64,000 nucleotides of DNA, taken from the NCBI GenBank assembly GCA_964187785.1, contig OZ076413.1, positions 30,752,001 through 30,816,000 of the forward strand, in the 5' to 3' direction. Shown one piece after another: positions 44,601-58,500 of this stretch (the first letter of the stretch is position 1; each line of letters begins with the position of its first letter). The notes under the pieces were generated by a model. The model did not search any database and was not told the DNA's origin. It saw only the letters and a list, made by a program, of their open reading frames with translations. This stretch comes from Amphiscolops sp. MND2022. Taxonomy: Eukaryota. The position numbers were made by a program, and so were the translations under genes.

Positions 44601-46032
44601 CGAGGTTTTTAGGTCTCTATAATTCACGTGTCCGAAACGTTTGTGCCAAAGTTGTGCCTCGTTTGACCCCGCACTCAAATTCGCAAAGTGGTTTCCTTGC
44701 TTTGGGGTCATGCGTAGAAAGAAAAGATTTCCTTTTCTTTTAATGGGGAATTTCTCTTTGCTTTTGAGGCAAAGGAAATTATTTTTCGCATCGTGAACAA
44801 CTGTGTGCCCATTGTCCACAATACGCGATACCGAGATTAGGTTAGTTCGGTATCCTGGCACAAATAAAGCTTTTCTTAAAACTAAAGACTTAGTTTTCCC
44901 CTTTACATCTTTGGCTAAGACCTCGACTTCTCCTATTCCTAGGACTTTCGTGTTACCTCCATCGGGATTGGTAACAGTCGTTTCTATTTCTTTGAGGTTT
45001 TTGAACCAATTTTTGTTCACTATTACATGATCTGTACTTCCTGAATCTACAACTAGATCCTTTGCTGTTGCCTCACTTGATCCTCCTGACTTGAGACTTG
45101 ATGCTAAGCTACCGTGCTTGCCTCCCTTGGAATTTTCAGCTTTTTTCATACATGCCTTTTCAAAATGGCCTTTCATTTTGCAATAATTACATTCGGCCTT
45201 ATCCTTATGGAAACAATCTGCTTTTACGTGTCCTTTAATGCCACAGCAGTAGCATGTCTGTCCTGTGCTCACCTTAGGCGCAGCGTTATATTTACCCAAT
45301 GACTTGGGTTTTCGCCTGTGTCTCTTGCTTGCCATTGCCACATGTGAATCATCGTCGTCTAGTTTCTCCCTGTGATAACGGCTTTCCTCGTAATTGGTTA
45401 GACGTGTCCTCAGCTCCACAAAGCTGCCAGCTGGATTGAAACTCTCTTGGACAACGAAGTGCTCGTAGCGCTCAGGTAAACCATTGAGCACCATCGCATT
45501 GAGCAGTGGCTCTGAAAGATGTTCCCCTGCTTGCTCCAGGCGAGTTGAGAGCTCTTGGGCTCTGATGAAGTAGTTGTGGAGTGCCTCGTCTTCTCTTAGT
45601 GCCAAGCGAGCCAGTTGCCTCATCACACTCACAACTGACTGTTTCATTGCTTCTGAACCTCTCTTGCAGACGCCCCCATGCCTTGTGACCGTCACCGAGG
45701 CCTTTGTGATCAACGCAGTCATGCCGGATCAACATCAGACTTGTAGAATCGAGAACCATCGCAAGGTAGCACCAGAATGTGTTCTTGCGTTTCTCGATGT
45801 CGTCGAGAGCACGTCGATGTGCTGCTTCAGCTGCGTCGTGAGCAGCGCGGGCTTCGTCCGTTGGGTCATTACCAAGCCGCGTTGGTGAAGTTGGGGGTCG
45901 CTCATTGCCAGTGAGCGTGTCGAAGAGGCCTTTCGTTTGAGAAAAGGCTAGAAATCTGGTGCTCCAGATCGGGTAGTCCTCCGTTAGGCCCGAGAAGCAG
46001 AGCCATTTGAGATTATTACTATTGCTTTCCAT
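41700..46032 (-). pseudogene. Copia gag-pol, disrupted by a frameshift (~45635) and a nonsense codon (42354-42356)
   Basis: Start MESNSNNLKW at 46032; two CCHC knuckles, VVDSGST, LWHKRFGH, SDNGTEY, NGVAERYN, MDVKSAYL, WVDD, SDADWSG. LY*SLVGSLLY is the canonical YRSLVGSLLY with CGA changed to TGA. Confidence 0.93.
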
Positions 46033-46234
46033 TGCAAGTTTTTTCGAACCTACTAAGCTCAGCCGATAGTTTATTTTTTCTATCGTTGAGTAGTGCAATG
46101 CTAACCTCCCAGTCACAACCTGTCTAAACCGGAACCGGGTTAGCTACTCAACGGCTGAGATCCTACTAAGCCTTTTGAATTGGGACGTGGGATTTATTCC
46201 CCCTAGATTGATTGGACAACCTAATTGCCTTTCA

Positions 46235-46248
46235 CTGGGCCCATAACC
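46235..46248 (-). promoter_or_regulatory. Copia-type PBS for an initiator tRNA-Met half-molecule
   Basis: GGTTATGGGCCCAG directly after the 5' LTR, the same sequence as the Drosophila copia PBS. Confidence 0.85.
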
Positions 46249-48540
46249 TATTAGGCTAGGACGTGGCTGAGCAGTGAAGACTTTCGTTTAGAAAGACAAT
46301 TAGAAAAAGCAGTTAATTTGAAGATTAGTTTGGAAGGCTATTTCAGTTGATGAGCGCTGTGAAAAATTGTGGAAAGCACCGGGTATTTATACTCCAAAAG
46401 GTAAACATGACATTTGTTAAAGGTTGGGGACTTTGGAAGAATGCGGATTTAAATTTCCTTGATTTTTACAATCGAACATTCTGGAAGGAATTTTCCATCA
46501 CACCATCATGAAAAATGTAATACTTCAATGCAATAACCATGAACTTCAGAATCGCTTCATAATCCAATTTTGAGGTCATAGATGGGAGTCAGATGTTTGA
46601 TATTTACGATACTTTCGACAGGTTGAACTTGAAAGGTTAAACATCAACAAATAATTCGAGTCAGCTAGCACCATCATTTAATTCATTGCTCGAACAACTT
46701 GAAGTTTGCTAACATATCAGGTTAGTTTGTTTCTTCTCGATTTTGAGCTATCATAAAATAAAAATATAAGTTTTGTAGCTCAAGAAATTTGACTAAGTTC
46801 TTTTCCTCAACACATGCAGCTACCAAGGAAGCGTTCACAACGTTGTGAAACATTAAAGTGTGAAGTTAAATGATGGTAGGTAAGATGTGAATTACTGTCA
46901 ATCTGTGAAAAACTATCTTGACTTTCTTTTATCTAACGTACAACTGAAGTAAAGTACAGTTTTGTGGACTGATTTTTATTTAGACGGAAATTATCAATCA
47001 ATGTTTTTTAATTGCGTCCCTGGTGAGCTTCATACTCTCCATGCCAAACTTGACAACACCATTGTCCTCCTTATCTTTTTCTGCTACCATGCAGCTACCA
47101 AGGAAGCGTTCACAAACGTTCAGTGTGAACGATTTCACACAAGCGTTCAGTGTGAACAAAATTCACCGTGGGTCTGACGGAATGTTTGTTTCCCATTGAG
47201 GTTTTACTTTTTATGTTCCGACAAAGCAAAGTCACGACAAAAAATAACGCAATCGGCGAAGAAACGAAAAATAAAAAGAGCAACGGTGAGCAGCCAGGCC
47301 TTTGTGACTTTGAGCAAATCACTTTTGAAACCACAGCTTCAAGCCGACCATTGCTTGACCATTTGGTTGCGAATATGGTACAATAGCTTGCTATGGGTAG
47401 ATAGTATCTGAAAAAGGTCGCCGACCTAGAAAAGCAGAATTGCTTATTCGGCGTCCACCCCACGGAATTGGGAAAATTAACTTTTCCTCTATGCATGGGC
47501 TGTAATTTAACAAGTTTATGAAATGCTTGGAACATAAGTATTGGACTTATTCGCTAGATAGAGATCGCGAGCCCATAATATCGAAGTGGATAGCTGGAAT
47601 TTATCAAAATTTTAGATCTCGGAGCCTGCTTCAATTTTTGACATTTGGGCGTGGTTAACTTGTATGTTGTATTGAATTTATCGTGTTGTCTTCATTATTA
47701 TCTATTGGTATAAGATGCTTATTATTTCCTAAGCTAATTTTAGGCAATTTGTCTTGGAAAGGTTAAACTTCAGGGGCAATTTAGTAGCAGGTTTTTATTT
47801 TGTACAGGATAGAATGCTGTCTCTTATTTCAAAAGAATGGAGAAACAAGACGCCTCTCTATAATAGAGATAAATTGGGTCTAACTGTTACGGCTCAAAAC
47901 GAACATAGCTTCTTCTGAAACCGCGGTGCCATCAGAGTTACCTCCTTGACAGCAAAGATTTGTTTAGTGTTGAAGAAAATAGTTTTTCTATTACGTTTTT
48001 GTTATTTTCCGCCCCCGCAATTTATTGCGTAGGGGGAAGAAAATTACCATCTGTGTAGCTTTTTTTCCAAATTCTGCCGAAAATCCACTCTAGTGATAAT
48101 CCACTGAGTTAGTTACGATGCATGAATTCCGGTGGACCAGTTGATAGGGCACCGGGCAGCCAGACAGTAACCAGGTTTTGAACCCGGGTTTGAGACGTTT
48201 TTTCGGAAGCTAGAACTGAATACTTGAGGGTAGAAAGTATCCAGATGCATAGTGGCGTCTTGTTCGAAAATTGATTGCAATGCTTTTAACGTCAGAAATT
48301 TCGTCGTCGTAAATTACGTTCTATAAAACGTCGCGTTTCATCTAAGCTATTAGGAAATGTCTAATAATATAGATGTCTTAAAATTTATCGGTAATTGTGC
48401 AATTGTTACTATTATTGACTTTTAGTAATGGTTTTTAATTTGTAAATTTGAAAAACAAAATTTTGGCTATTATGGTGTGAATCAGCATACACTGGTAAAA
48501 TAGTTCAGGACTGAAAATATGGTGTCAGGACATTTCGTCA

Positions 48541-48670
48541 TATGCAATTTCAACCTATGCAATTTCAACCGCTGCCAATTCAACCGTTCACAATTTCAAC
48601 CGCTTGCAATTTCATCCGTTCACACTTTCAACTTTTTGCAATTTCACCCTACGGCAATTTCAACCTATCA
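48541..48670. repeat. ~15-bp minisatellite (gcaatttcaacc-like), probably subterminal repeats of a DNA transposon
   Basis: About 8 imperfect copies. acgacgaaatttc repeats at ~49665-49780 and an inverted copy at ~48295 bracket the region. Confidence 0.7.
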
Positions 48671-48909
48671 AACTTCCACTTAATTGCTCTCAAACTGTGC
48701 TAATTATGAAAGTCTTTATGGTAATTAGTAAAGCTATGAAAAGAGTCCAGCAACTAACAATAATTTTTCACACTATGAAATATGATAATTACTTGCAACG
48801 TTGTAGTAGTATAAATAGCGAAGTCAACTGAATTGTAACTAGTCCACACAACAAGTCCAATAACTTTGAATCTCAAAGCTCAAAATGTTACTTCAAATCA
48901 TAAAGTCAA

Positions 48910-49170
48910 TTAGAGGGGGTAATATTGCAGTACACAACGGTTACTGTTACAATCAAAAACAAGTCACTTCAAGTTGCATTCATTGGAGATGCACAAAATA
49001 CAATCAATTAAATGCCCTGCCGTTTTGAAGACAAACCAGAACGTGGTCATTAGTTTGAAAGACAGTCACACTCATGAAAGCGACCCTTCCGAGTGTAAAG
49101 CGAAAGAAATTGTTAGCCAAATTAAACAGAAGTCAGAGTCATTGAGACCAATGGTGGCCATAGCAAGTGA
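48910..49170 (+). pseudogene. FLYWCH zinc-finger remnant (MULE-transposase-like), frameshifted
   Basis: IRGGNIAVHNGYCYNQKQVTSSCIHWRCTKYNQ, then in another frame KCPAVLKTNQNVVISLKDSHTHE: W-x-C...C...H-x-H pattern. Confidence 0.65.
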
Positions 49171-50110
49171 AATCTTTAATCTATCCTTAATCTTTAATTT
49201 TTCTTTAATATATTAGGAATCGTCTCATTATTGAGTCTTAATAATTATCGATAATTGTGCAATAATTACTATCATTGACTACTTTTTGTTTTGGTTTTGA
49301 AAAAGTTTCGGACCTTATAACTCCACATATACACCTTATTTCTTATCCCCCCAACACGAAGTTGTTTCGACACTTAAAGCAAAAATTTCCATTACCAAAG
49401 GATTTTTTGATAATTTTCTGACAAAAAAGCAAAAATTCCCCGTGGAGCAAGCTTGTATTGTATTGTAAAGCCCCGGTAAGTAGTTCCACCGGTAGGACTG
49501 GAAATATACCATTGCTCAATAAGCGTCTTGATGAATTGATTGAATGCATTTAACTTTTTGACTCTGTTTTGGTGTCAAAATGAATTTTGTCAAGATCTCA
49601 TTTCAAAAATTAAATAATTGAATGATTAAAATAATTCATTTTCTCGAACGCTGGTAATTTTATTCAATACGACGAAATTTCTGACGACGAATTTTCTGTT
49701 TTGCTAATACGACGAAATTTCTGTATTTGCTAATACGACGAAATTTCTTACGACGAAATTTCTGGCTACGAAATTTCCGCCTCCCCTTTTAACTTGGGCT
49801 GATTCAGATTGATACTACTTTTTGTATGAAAATACAGAAAACTAACTAATATAGAAAAGATTATGTTTTCTAGACAAACGGAAAACCAAATTTGTCGCTT
49901 GAAAAAGCTATAACTAATGTGAGGCGATTGCCTTTATCCCATGCTGGATGACTCTTCGTGTCAGGCATTCAATGGTAGTTCGAAATCAAGATTATGTTTC
50001 TGTTCTCTCGAGAAAGTGAAAAACCTTAAAAAATTAGAACCGTCCTTTCTTTAAAAAATACCAACAATCACAGGTTGAAACCACTGGAAAGCCCAAAACA
50101 ACTTGTTAAT

Positions 50111-50170
50111 TGGCCTAGTGGCTAGAGTGCGCGTTTTTGAAGCATGGTGTCGTCGGATCGAAACATGCTG
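50111..50170 (+). repeat. Degenerate tRNA-derived (SINE-like) head
   Basis: A-box-like TGGCCTAGTGG (50111) and B-box-like GGATCGAAAC (50155); no intact cloverleaf. Confidence 0.4.
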
Positions 50171-53100
50171 AGATCAATGTTATATAAAACAGTTATATTT
50201 AAAGAATAAAACGACAGAAGGACTATATTCGGAAAAATAACGTTCTACCCGGCTCTTCGTCCTCAACTGTCGGATGTTATGTCGCGGTTCTGGGAGTTTG
50301 GAGGTGAAAAAAGAACTTCTGGACAATTTTAGGCATTGTTTTGTTATGTGAAAATCAGAAAAAAATCAGTTTCGCATGGTTTGTAGACTAGGTTTCAAGA
50401 ATTTTCACGACTATCATTGCCAAGAGTACGAAACCGGAGAAGCAACGGTAAGGGCACAGTCTTAGAGAAACGGTATAGCGCCTGATTCGCGACATGTGTG
50501 AGAAACAAAACACCGAACCACGAATTTGTTTGAATTTTTTTGTTGCTAAAAACTCGAGGAAACAAAAAACCAGGCGTGCGTAGCTTTTGTATTAGGAGCG
50601 GGAAGATGAAAGCTTCATATTTCAGCTTTACACTTTTGTCTTTGACAGTTCGGGCTGAAAGAAAAATGTTGAAATGCTTTTATGTAATTGAATTTTTTGG
50701 CCGTAGACACATCTGCCACAAAAGGCGAAATGAATTACTGCTAGAGCGTCAACTCTCTGTGAAAAATTGTAATTATAAAACCTTGAAGACGCAATTTCCA
50801 AGGTTGAAGTTTAGGAAAGCAAGCAGAGGTAGCGCAGTGAATAGAGCAAGGGGGTTCAAAATGATACGGCGCATAAGGATTTCGGATCTTTTCTGTTCCG
50901 CCCACCATCAAATTTTTTCAAAGGAAACTTTCAAAAATTGTTTCAAACTGGCCTGATTAGAAGAGACATCTTCCAAAACAGGAAGTTTATTTCTATGGGA
51001 ACAGTTTTCCGTTTGAACAAAACATTTTCACACACTTTGACCGTGATTATGTTCGAATTAACTGTTTTTTGTGACTCAAAACAGGAAGCTGTTGATTTCC
51101 TAATCAAAATAAACCGGAGCCGCATATGCGGTAAAGGAGTCGGCTTAAGTCTTTTTCCTTCTGACTCGCTCGAATCCCAGTCATGCGAATTTATTGAAAT
51201 TACACTCATAGGACCATATGGCGTAGAATGACTGTAGAAAATTTTGTTCGAATCGTATGGACAGTTTTTGAGAAAATTGAAAAAAGTCGAAAAATGAGTT
51301 TTTTGGCCATTTTTAGGTTAATTTTGGCTATGTTTCTCACATCCCAGTCATACGATTTTGATGCCTTTGCGCACGTAGAGGCCCCTTTGGGTGTAGAATC
51401 ACTGCAAAATTTTATGGAAATTGTATGAACAGTTTTTGAGAAATTTAAAATTTTCATTGAAAGGTAGGGAGAAGAAAAAAACGACACGAATGGATGAGTA
51501 GTCGAAAATTTTTTCCGACTTCTAAAAATGAGCGAGTTTATGGGGTAAAATAGTGTGAACAAAGTTTGTATTTGGATCCAAAATTAAATTCAAAAGTAAA
51601 CGTTTTTGGTGCTGTTTTTAGTCTCTTAATTTTAATGTTTTCGCTGATTTTTCAAAAAAATGGTAGTTTTGACTTCAATGGAAGTTAACTTCCTGTTATG
51701 GCAAAAGATTTCACTTTTAATCCAACCAGTTTGAAAAACTTTTAAAATCTTCTATTCAAACTTTTTTGTAACGGGGTTGCTTGAAAAGAGCCAAAGTTAC
51801 AATAGTTTTCACCGCATGTTGAAAGTTCCAATCGCCATGACTGGAATTTCAAGCTAGTCAGTCGATAATGACTTCACTTTTCGTTAGACTGGAATGAAAG
51901 AAATGATGCTTGCAGAATTTATTCGATTTTGCTGGGAAAAATTGATGACCCGTGAATAGGTATCAACCGATTGGCACAAGACGGAGCCGAAAAGTTAGAA
52001 GAAGCGTGGTATTAAGGGTGAAAGATTTCATCGTATTTTGAACCTGTTTTGCCTTAAGTTGGGCGGAGCCAAAAATTATCGAATACTAACTGAAATGAGA
52101 CCCTCAGGTTCCGTCTCAGAACAACCTTCAGAAATGTTTTGGGCCGCATTGGCTTGAAAGCGCTAGAAATAGCGATATTTGTCTTTAATATTTTGAGGAA
52201 ATAAAAAGAGAAAAAAATGACATAACCAGTTGATTGATATATCAGACAAAAACATGCATGAAGAAAGTAATATTTATCACGTGTTCGTGTCTGATGTTTT
52301 AAACGAGTTCGCATTAAGAAAAAATCCATTGAGAATTCCACAGCATTAATTTTCACCTAAGCAGGTGCCAACAACTTTAAAATTATAGAAATCAGCAAAA
52401 ATTTGGGATTTTAGGATAATAATCGTCAATGGCCGTAATCAAATTCTTTTGAAAAATTTTTCAAAAGGTCAGCTATAAAGGCAACACAAGCAAATATTCC
52501 AAATTATATCAAGTAGCATCATGAACACGTTTTTGTTCATGCATAAAATGAATTAACATCAAGATGAAATTTTTCACATGGGCGACAAAAGACCAAAAAC
52601 TTTGGTTGAGTTCGCATACGAAACCCAATAAAAAACTCAACTTACCTGATCAAGTTCTACTTCTTCGCCATCAATTTCGATCATCTGTGGTTCGCCTATC
52701 TTGTTGGCCAGGTAGCTCACGAAGTTCACACTCTTGATTGTGTTGCTGAGTCTGTTCATGGAGCCCCTCAGACTTCCATCTCTCTCGTTGGGTACCGAAT
52801 GCGATGACGTCAGGCCTAGTCAGATGATGTAATTGGTCAGATGATGTAATCGAAAACGAGTTGACGAGCAATTCCTGATAATTATTGTCCTATGGAGAAC
52901 TCAAGAAGTAGTTCTTAGGATCTGAGAAACTGTTGAATTTGGGAATTTTGAGCTTCTTTAGAAGTAAGAGTATAGGCTTTCATGGAAGTTTGAAGTTTCC
53001 ATAACTATTTGATCGCAATTTAGTTAAATTTTCACATAAGGGTAAATTTTAGATTATCAATTATGTTTGCACCTGCCGAAGATCCCTCCAGTGCTGCCTA

Positions 53101-54576
53101 ACTACTTTCAAGTTTATTTTGTTTCAAGTACGATTTGATTATTTTTTTCAAAAGGGCGTCGCAGCAATTTTTCATTTAGTGTTTACTTGAGATCCTCTAA
53201 ACGTGCTTTTTGTGTCGGAATATGTCAACGTGGAATATCATCTCAAGAGATCTACAAGCAAACGTTGACCCAGCTGATGATTAGCTGACCTTACCTGCGA
53301 CCTTTGATCCTAATGACCCATTAGAGAATGCCCCCAGCTCGTGCTCCCCGTTTTCATCGTGACCTGACATTTTGGGAAGGGGCATCGACGAGGCAGCCGT
53401 AGGATGTGCTCTTCTGATTGCGGTGATGACCTTTGTTAAGCATTAGAAATAGAAGCAGTTAATTCAATTGGGTATATATATTCTCTTTCGCAAACATGTT
53501 TGCCGATCTGTGTAGGGTTATTTTATAAGCCCTGTGTAGGGTTAGTTCAACTATACCCGATTAAAAATGTTTTTCGAATACATTTCTTGCAGTCCAATTT
53601 CTTAAGCAAAATGAAGCTGGTACAAATCAGGTCCAGATTATAATGAATTTTTTGGAATGTTTCAAACCATTTTTGAGCCAGATTTTGTTTTTTTTAAACA
53701 ATTCACCTCAACAATTGTGTTGCTAGTTTGGTTCACAAAGCTTACTTGGTGGCACTGCGTTTTTTATATGAAGCATTTAAAACACTCGAAACATTTTGAG
53801 AGCAACTAGAAACAAATATAACCAAGAAAGAAGTTACGACTGTCTAAAAAGTTGCAGAAAATGAACACAGATAGTTCTTGTGAGTTGTTGGCCATGAATT
53901 TTTCTGCAATCACAAACGTGCCCAAAGTCCCAAAGTTTTAGAATTTTAGATTTTAGTCGACGCTTTCGTTGGCAGAGCAGACTATACTAGTGGTTTTTAA
54001 TACCGACGAACGACGGAGTGACAGATTTTATATTTTTTAATGATTTTTTTCATTTTGTGCAACTTGCAGACAAAAATGAATAAATGAATGAATATTTATT
54101 TCACTTTTGTTACTCCGTAGGGTGTACAAACTTCAAATTTTCTAGTTTACAGCGGACACGGTCGGGGACCAATTTACAATACATACTGAGGTGCGTGAAT
54201 CTTACTGTACTTGTCAAGTTCATCAGTTGGTCAAGTTTCAGAAGACAGAGGGTTTCTTCTTAGCACTTGCCTAGGTTTTTTGCACGTAAGTCTGGTAACT
54301 CAGCGCAGACCAGTAAAGAGTGGTACCCATCAGCATTCATCAGACTGCTTCAGAGTGTACATTGCGTCTCCTTTACCCGTGTAAATTTTTCTTTGACCTT
54401 TGTTATAATCGGTGAAGCACATCGATTTCTACTCAATTTAATTCTAACTTTTGGCTATCAGGTAAAAACAGATGGCTCTATTCGATGTTTGTATTTGAAT
54501 GAAGCATACATTCTGTAGAGTGAGTTATTTTGCTTACACTGATGCGTTCCATTGTCATATTGACACATCCTGAAGC

Positions 54577-55506
54577 TTATTTTGGTATATTCTTTAAATA
54601 AGCTTCATTAACATTTTCCAAATATTGATAAGCTCCGAGAATTCCACATTCTATCAGCATTGTTTGAACACAAGACAACCATTTATCTAGAAGGGAATTT
54701 ATTTGTAAATACTTGTACATTAGGGACGAGAGTTTGTTTTTGTCGTCGCTCAAACTTCTCCAGGAACCCAAAATTTGAAGCCAAATTTGATATTTTATTT
54801 GATTTCTACCTAATTCTCCGTAAATTATTGCCTTTGGAGTACTGTTATGAACGTTCAAAAGCGTTCGCAAAAATTCCGATAGAAAACATCAATCTGTTGA
54901 GAATGTTCATGTCCTCAGACTTCGCAGTCATAAGTTACGATCGGTATAATATTTGAGTCGAAGAGGTGTAGTTTTGTCTGAATTGCGAGTTCATGACCGC
55001 ATGTTTGTCACCTAATTTGAATAACGCCTTCTTTGCTTAATCAAAGTTGTTTTTTATCGTTAGTTGAAAGGCATTGTTGTACTAGAAAATTACCCCTAAA
55101 TAGCAAAAGTTGTCAGCTTTTTCTTTTGGGCTGTTTGGGAAGATCATATATTTTATTTTGGAACAAGTTATTCGGACATTAAAATTACTGCATATCGATA
55201 TGCAGCATTTAAAGCTTTTTGTTAGTAATCTTCGCTTTCTTTGTGAATATTGGGCTCGTCTGCGTACAAAAGTGCCAAGGTTTCCTCGTCGGCTTCCAGG
55301 TTGCTCTCAAGTGAATACGATAGAAAACTCAATCCGTTACAGTTTTTTTCCAAGTATGCTTTGAGGTTTTCCACAAAAATAGTGAACAATAGTGGTGATA
55401 AATCATGACCCTGCCTAACGCTGTGACAAGTGAAGTACGGACGTGGTCCATTCCCGGTTTTAACTACTTCAAGAAAAAAATACACGAAGCGTTGTGTGAC
55501 CGACAT
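54577..55506 (-). pseudogene. Degenerate non-LTR (LINE) reverse transcriptase remnant
   Basis: SVRQGHDLSPLLFTIFVENL...LLYADE (RT motifs QG..LSP.LF and YADD) and a downstream L...STPKAIIYGELGR motif typical of LINE ORF2 C-termini; broken by stops and frameshifts. Confidence 0.78.
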
Positions 55507-58500
55507 TCAAAAGTTGAAGTTTGATACGTAAATTTGTTAGATACCTTCATGGTACGGAACTAAATTCAGTGAGTTCAAATAAAAAATTTCCAACTAACTA
55601 TTTCCAAGTTTTGACTGTTTTTGACTCCATGAAAAGTATGAGAAGTTTAAAATTAAAAATCCGAATGACAATATTGAAGTAGAACACAAAACATTTGTTA
55701 AGGTTATCCGACAGAAAGTTTCGGTGTTTAACATCTTTTCTTCCTGTTATGAAAAATTGCGAATTTTTTATGATAGCCAAAGTAAACGGGAAACCAAAGA
55801 GTTGCCCCTTTGGGGTTTTTCGGCACTATGCGACATTTTGCTGAAGTTTTTAAAACCGAAGTGCCCGCTTTGATTTTCAGCAGAAACAAAGCGTTTTTCC
55901 AGCATAGAGTTATCCTTTTTTCAAAAAAATGATTTTTCACACAAGTTTCGGTTTTTTTCTGCAGATTTCTGTTAGGAAAAATCGTTTTTCGAGTCTTAGA
56001 GGTGATCTCTGGTTATTTTTCCGTCCTGTGGGACTGATACGAGTTTTCTCAATAATTGTGAAAAAGACCTACGGTTTTTGATCACTGTGCGACTTTTTTC
56101 GGAAAATATTCGTTTGTTCAAAGGGTACCCCTTCCATTTTAGAAGAAGTTTTCGGCTTGGAAAAATAGCGTTTGCAATTTATAGGGTCTAATTTTTGGAT
56201 TTTTTGGCTTTATGAGACTTTTTCCGAAAGAAAAAATGTTCAATTTTTTAAAAATTTTGGTTTTTTGATGTTTCGAGTTGGGGAAAAAGCGGTTTTTGCT
56301 TTAACTCATAACTTTACGTAAAACCTTCATCTAGGGTAGCCACAAATTAGTGAAGTTCAAAAGGTCATCACTGTCTGTAGAGGTCGGGAGCGGGCTGACC
56401 TTGGTAGGCGGAGGAGGAGCAGCCGGGGTTAAGTGTACTGGTCCACTTCCTGTCGGAAAACTGTGCTCTTCGGGAGTGCAGAGAGGGCGATTGATGTGGG
56501 TAGCCGCCGAAGTGAGGATTCTGCGTTTGACCTCTTTCTAAACGAGGAGAATTGGTCATTTTTTCCGTTGTTCTGTAACGGTTAGCTGAAGAAGTGGTGC
56601 CGCGTAAATCCATGATAAACAGTGAATGCGCTCAGAAAAGTACTTATTTCACTGGTGCAGATAAAAAATAATAGGAGTCCCCGGCTTTAGTTTGACGGGG
56701 ATTACATCGCTGGAAATTTGGAGGTAAAATAATGAAAATGATAAAAAATGGAAATGGTTGGCGGCGGCGGCGACGACCAGTAGTGCATTTAATACAGACT
56801 CGTTTTTTGTTTGTAAGGAGATTAAGTGGGAATTTTATAGCACCAGAAAAAAAGAAGGTTGGTGTAACGGTGAAGATATTGTGCAACTGCAGTGTATCAG
56901 AAAGCACATTGATTAGATTGATTAACTAAGGCATTCGTCCCAAACGGACTGCTCAACTTATTACAAATTCCTTCCCGCCAAATTACCCTTTTCCTGGTAG
57001 ACCATATATAACTTACAACCAGAAATGTTTAATAAAAATTTCATGCAGTCTGTTTAGAAATACAAGCCCAGTAAAATGTAATGTATAAACTATTTCAGTA
57101 GGAAAGTTACACGGAAAGAAGTTGCTTGGTTCGTTTCAATTAACTTCCGTTACTTTTTGATACTCCCAATTGTGGGATAGGTGGTAAGTGTTGAAATGCT
57201 GATTTCCAAATAAGGAAAAGTAACAATTCACGCTTAAGCGGGAACGAAAATAGGCTGCTGTTAGTCAACACAACAGCGTCAGTTCAGTAGGTGTGAACAC
57301 ATTAAGGTGCAAATGTTTGCCACACACTCGCAAGTGTGAAAGAATTTTTGCTTGGACAAAAAAATGACTACTTGGGAAATCGACACGTGTATGGGTTTTA
57401 TACAGTTAAGTGCTGCTTCTGGTAATTTGTTCATCAATACTTCACCAAGTGAGAAACAGATTTCAGAGGGATCAGATGTAAGGTGCTACGATGATTGAAA
57501 TTCACGCCAGATGATGAAAAGAGCTAGAAACTAGTCAAAAAATGTGATATCAATGATAACTTCAAGGGGAATAAATCGAATTCGAAATTGGATGGCGCGT
57601 ATTTTTGTTCGTAGTAATTTAGAAAGGAAGGGTAAAGTCTGGAAAATTTGCTCTAGGCATACAACTGATAAGTGGTAGTTGAAACCACGAAGTAATTACA
57701 GTTTTAAACAACCTCATTTCTATTCCATTAACTAGCGGTAGCTAGCGGGTACACTGATTAAAGAATAGAGTAAAGCCAACTTCTAGAGCTTTTTTTGCAT
57801 CAATTGTATCTCAGAGTGTGTCTTTCTAGTCTTGCAAAATAGGAAACGAGGAAGTGGAAATACTGTTCTCTTTTATGACGTTTATTTCGGATGAAGACTG
57901 CCCGACTGTGGTTGACATTTGGTGACACGTTTCTAGAAATTCCCCGGAAAAAAGCCTTCACGTGAAAAAAGTTCACGTGAAATGTTGGAAAAAATTTAGC
58001 TTTCCTTGGAAAAATAGTTTCTCGTTGAGGAAAAGTTGCCGGAGAAAAAGAAACGGCAATGTTTATAAAATGAAAGAAATTGAAGGCGTTGACAGAATTT
58101 GTCGACTTTGAATTAATTTCACTAACTACATTATAACCACCACCTTATCGTTCCTCATACATAATTAATTGCTAGTTTTTCCATATTTTTTCTCTTTCCA
58201 TAGAGGAAAGCAGATAGAAAAAATGAAAAAAGCTACAAAAATTCGAGTTTCGATAGGTCAGAATACTACATTCAGAACAATACTAACGCTTCTGCGGATG
58301 TCATGACATTGCTTGCTACGATAAAAAATGCAAACAGCACAAAAATAACGCCACATAAAATTAATTTCAGATCTATTTTGTTTCACTGCGCTCTTTCTTT
58401 TTCCTTTTCAATTTATCTTTGCCAATGTTATCACAATGCAGTACTAATTTTTCAATAATTCAAAACGTCAATAAGCTACGAATCACTTTTTGTTCAAGCT

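Larger units (their letters stand above)
41093..46812 (-). mobile_element. Ty1/copia LTR retrotransposon, 5720 bp, TSD CATGC
   Basis: 564-bp LTRs 41093-41656 and 46249-46812 (at least 5 substitutions); TSD catgc at 41088-41092 and 46813-46817; PPT GAGTGGGGG at 41657-41665; PR-IN-RT-RH order. Confidence 0.96.
40600..47115. repeat. Three tandem ~275-bp units (starting 40600, 40875, 46860), the second interrupted by the copia element
   Basis: Unit gtgaagttaaatgatggtaggtaag...gcgttcacaacgttgtgaaac is repeated; unit 2 lacks 15 bp (aaacttgacaacacc) and resumes at 46813. Confidence 0.9.

Noticed and set aside
50111-50175. Functional tRNA gene
   Set aside because: Only degenerate A/B boxes; acceptor and anticodon stems do not form. 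A weaker similar trace is at ~48130-48190.
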